This document shows positions 63,861 through 64,000 of a DNA stretch of 64,000 nt, in pieces. Numbering within the stretch: the first letter of the stretch is position 1; every line of letters starts with the position of its first letter. The stretch lies in the NCBI GenBank assembly GCA_976551045.1, contig CDPCPM010000132.1:2418001-2482000 (forward strand). The letters are read 5' to 3'. The notes beneath the pieces were generated by a model. The model searched no databases, was not told where the DNA came from, and saw only the letters and a list, made by a program, of their open reading frames with translations. The stretch is from Glaucostegus cemiculus. Lineage: Eukaryota. The position numbers were made by a program, and so were the translations under genes.

Positions 63861-64000
63861 ATTTTAAAGATCCTCTCTCACACCCAACACCTAGGATATT
63901 CTCTCAGTTTCTTCACACTGACTGCTCCTGAGCCAAAGCTTAGCTCCCCACACCTACACTGGCCCGCTGCCACTGTGTCGGCTCCAAAATTGCCCCTCCA

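Noticed and set aside
1-64000. CRISPR array or prokaryotic defence/operon system
   Set aside because: The sequence is vertebrate intron/exon and TE DNA; no regularly spaced repeat-spacer array or prokaryotic gene structure was seen

Overview
Eukaryotic, repeat-rich genomic DNA from a cartilaginous fish (elasmobranch; the species cannot be determined from the sequence). The main feature is a germline (unrearranged), apparently intact IgNAR heavy-chain-only antibody cluster on the minus strand, ~8.7-28.7 kb. In order it has an octamer/TATA promoter, a leader exon, one V (two canonical Cys only, type IV-like), three candidate D segments and one J with alternating 12 and 22/23 RSSs, constant exons C1-C5, a secretory tail and transmembrane exon TM1. 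The TM2 exon was not located. About 10 kb upstream, in the same orientation, lies a 5'-truncated, decayed epsilon-like endogenous retrovirus (38.6-45.1 kb). It retains the 3' LTR, PPT, env, integrase, RNase H, RT, a 2H-phosphoesterase-like insert, protease and the gag zinc knuckle, with an in-frame UGA-CUAG gag/pol junction. The rest is decayed and often nested transposable elements: CR1 LINEs, L1/Tx1, Rex1, Penelope, V-SINE/HE1-like SINEs, a solo LTR with TSD and a probable hAT remnant. Most short ORFs in the track are spurious or TE fragments. Family assignments come from motif recognition and recall; no searches were run.
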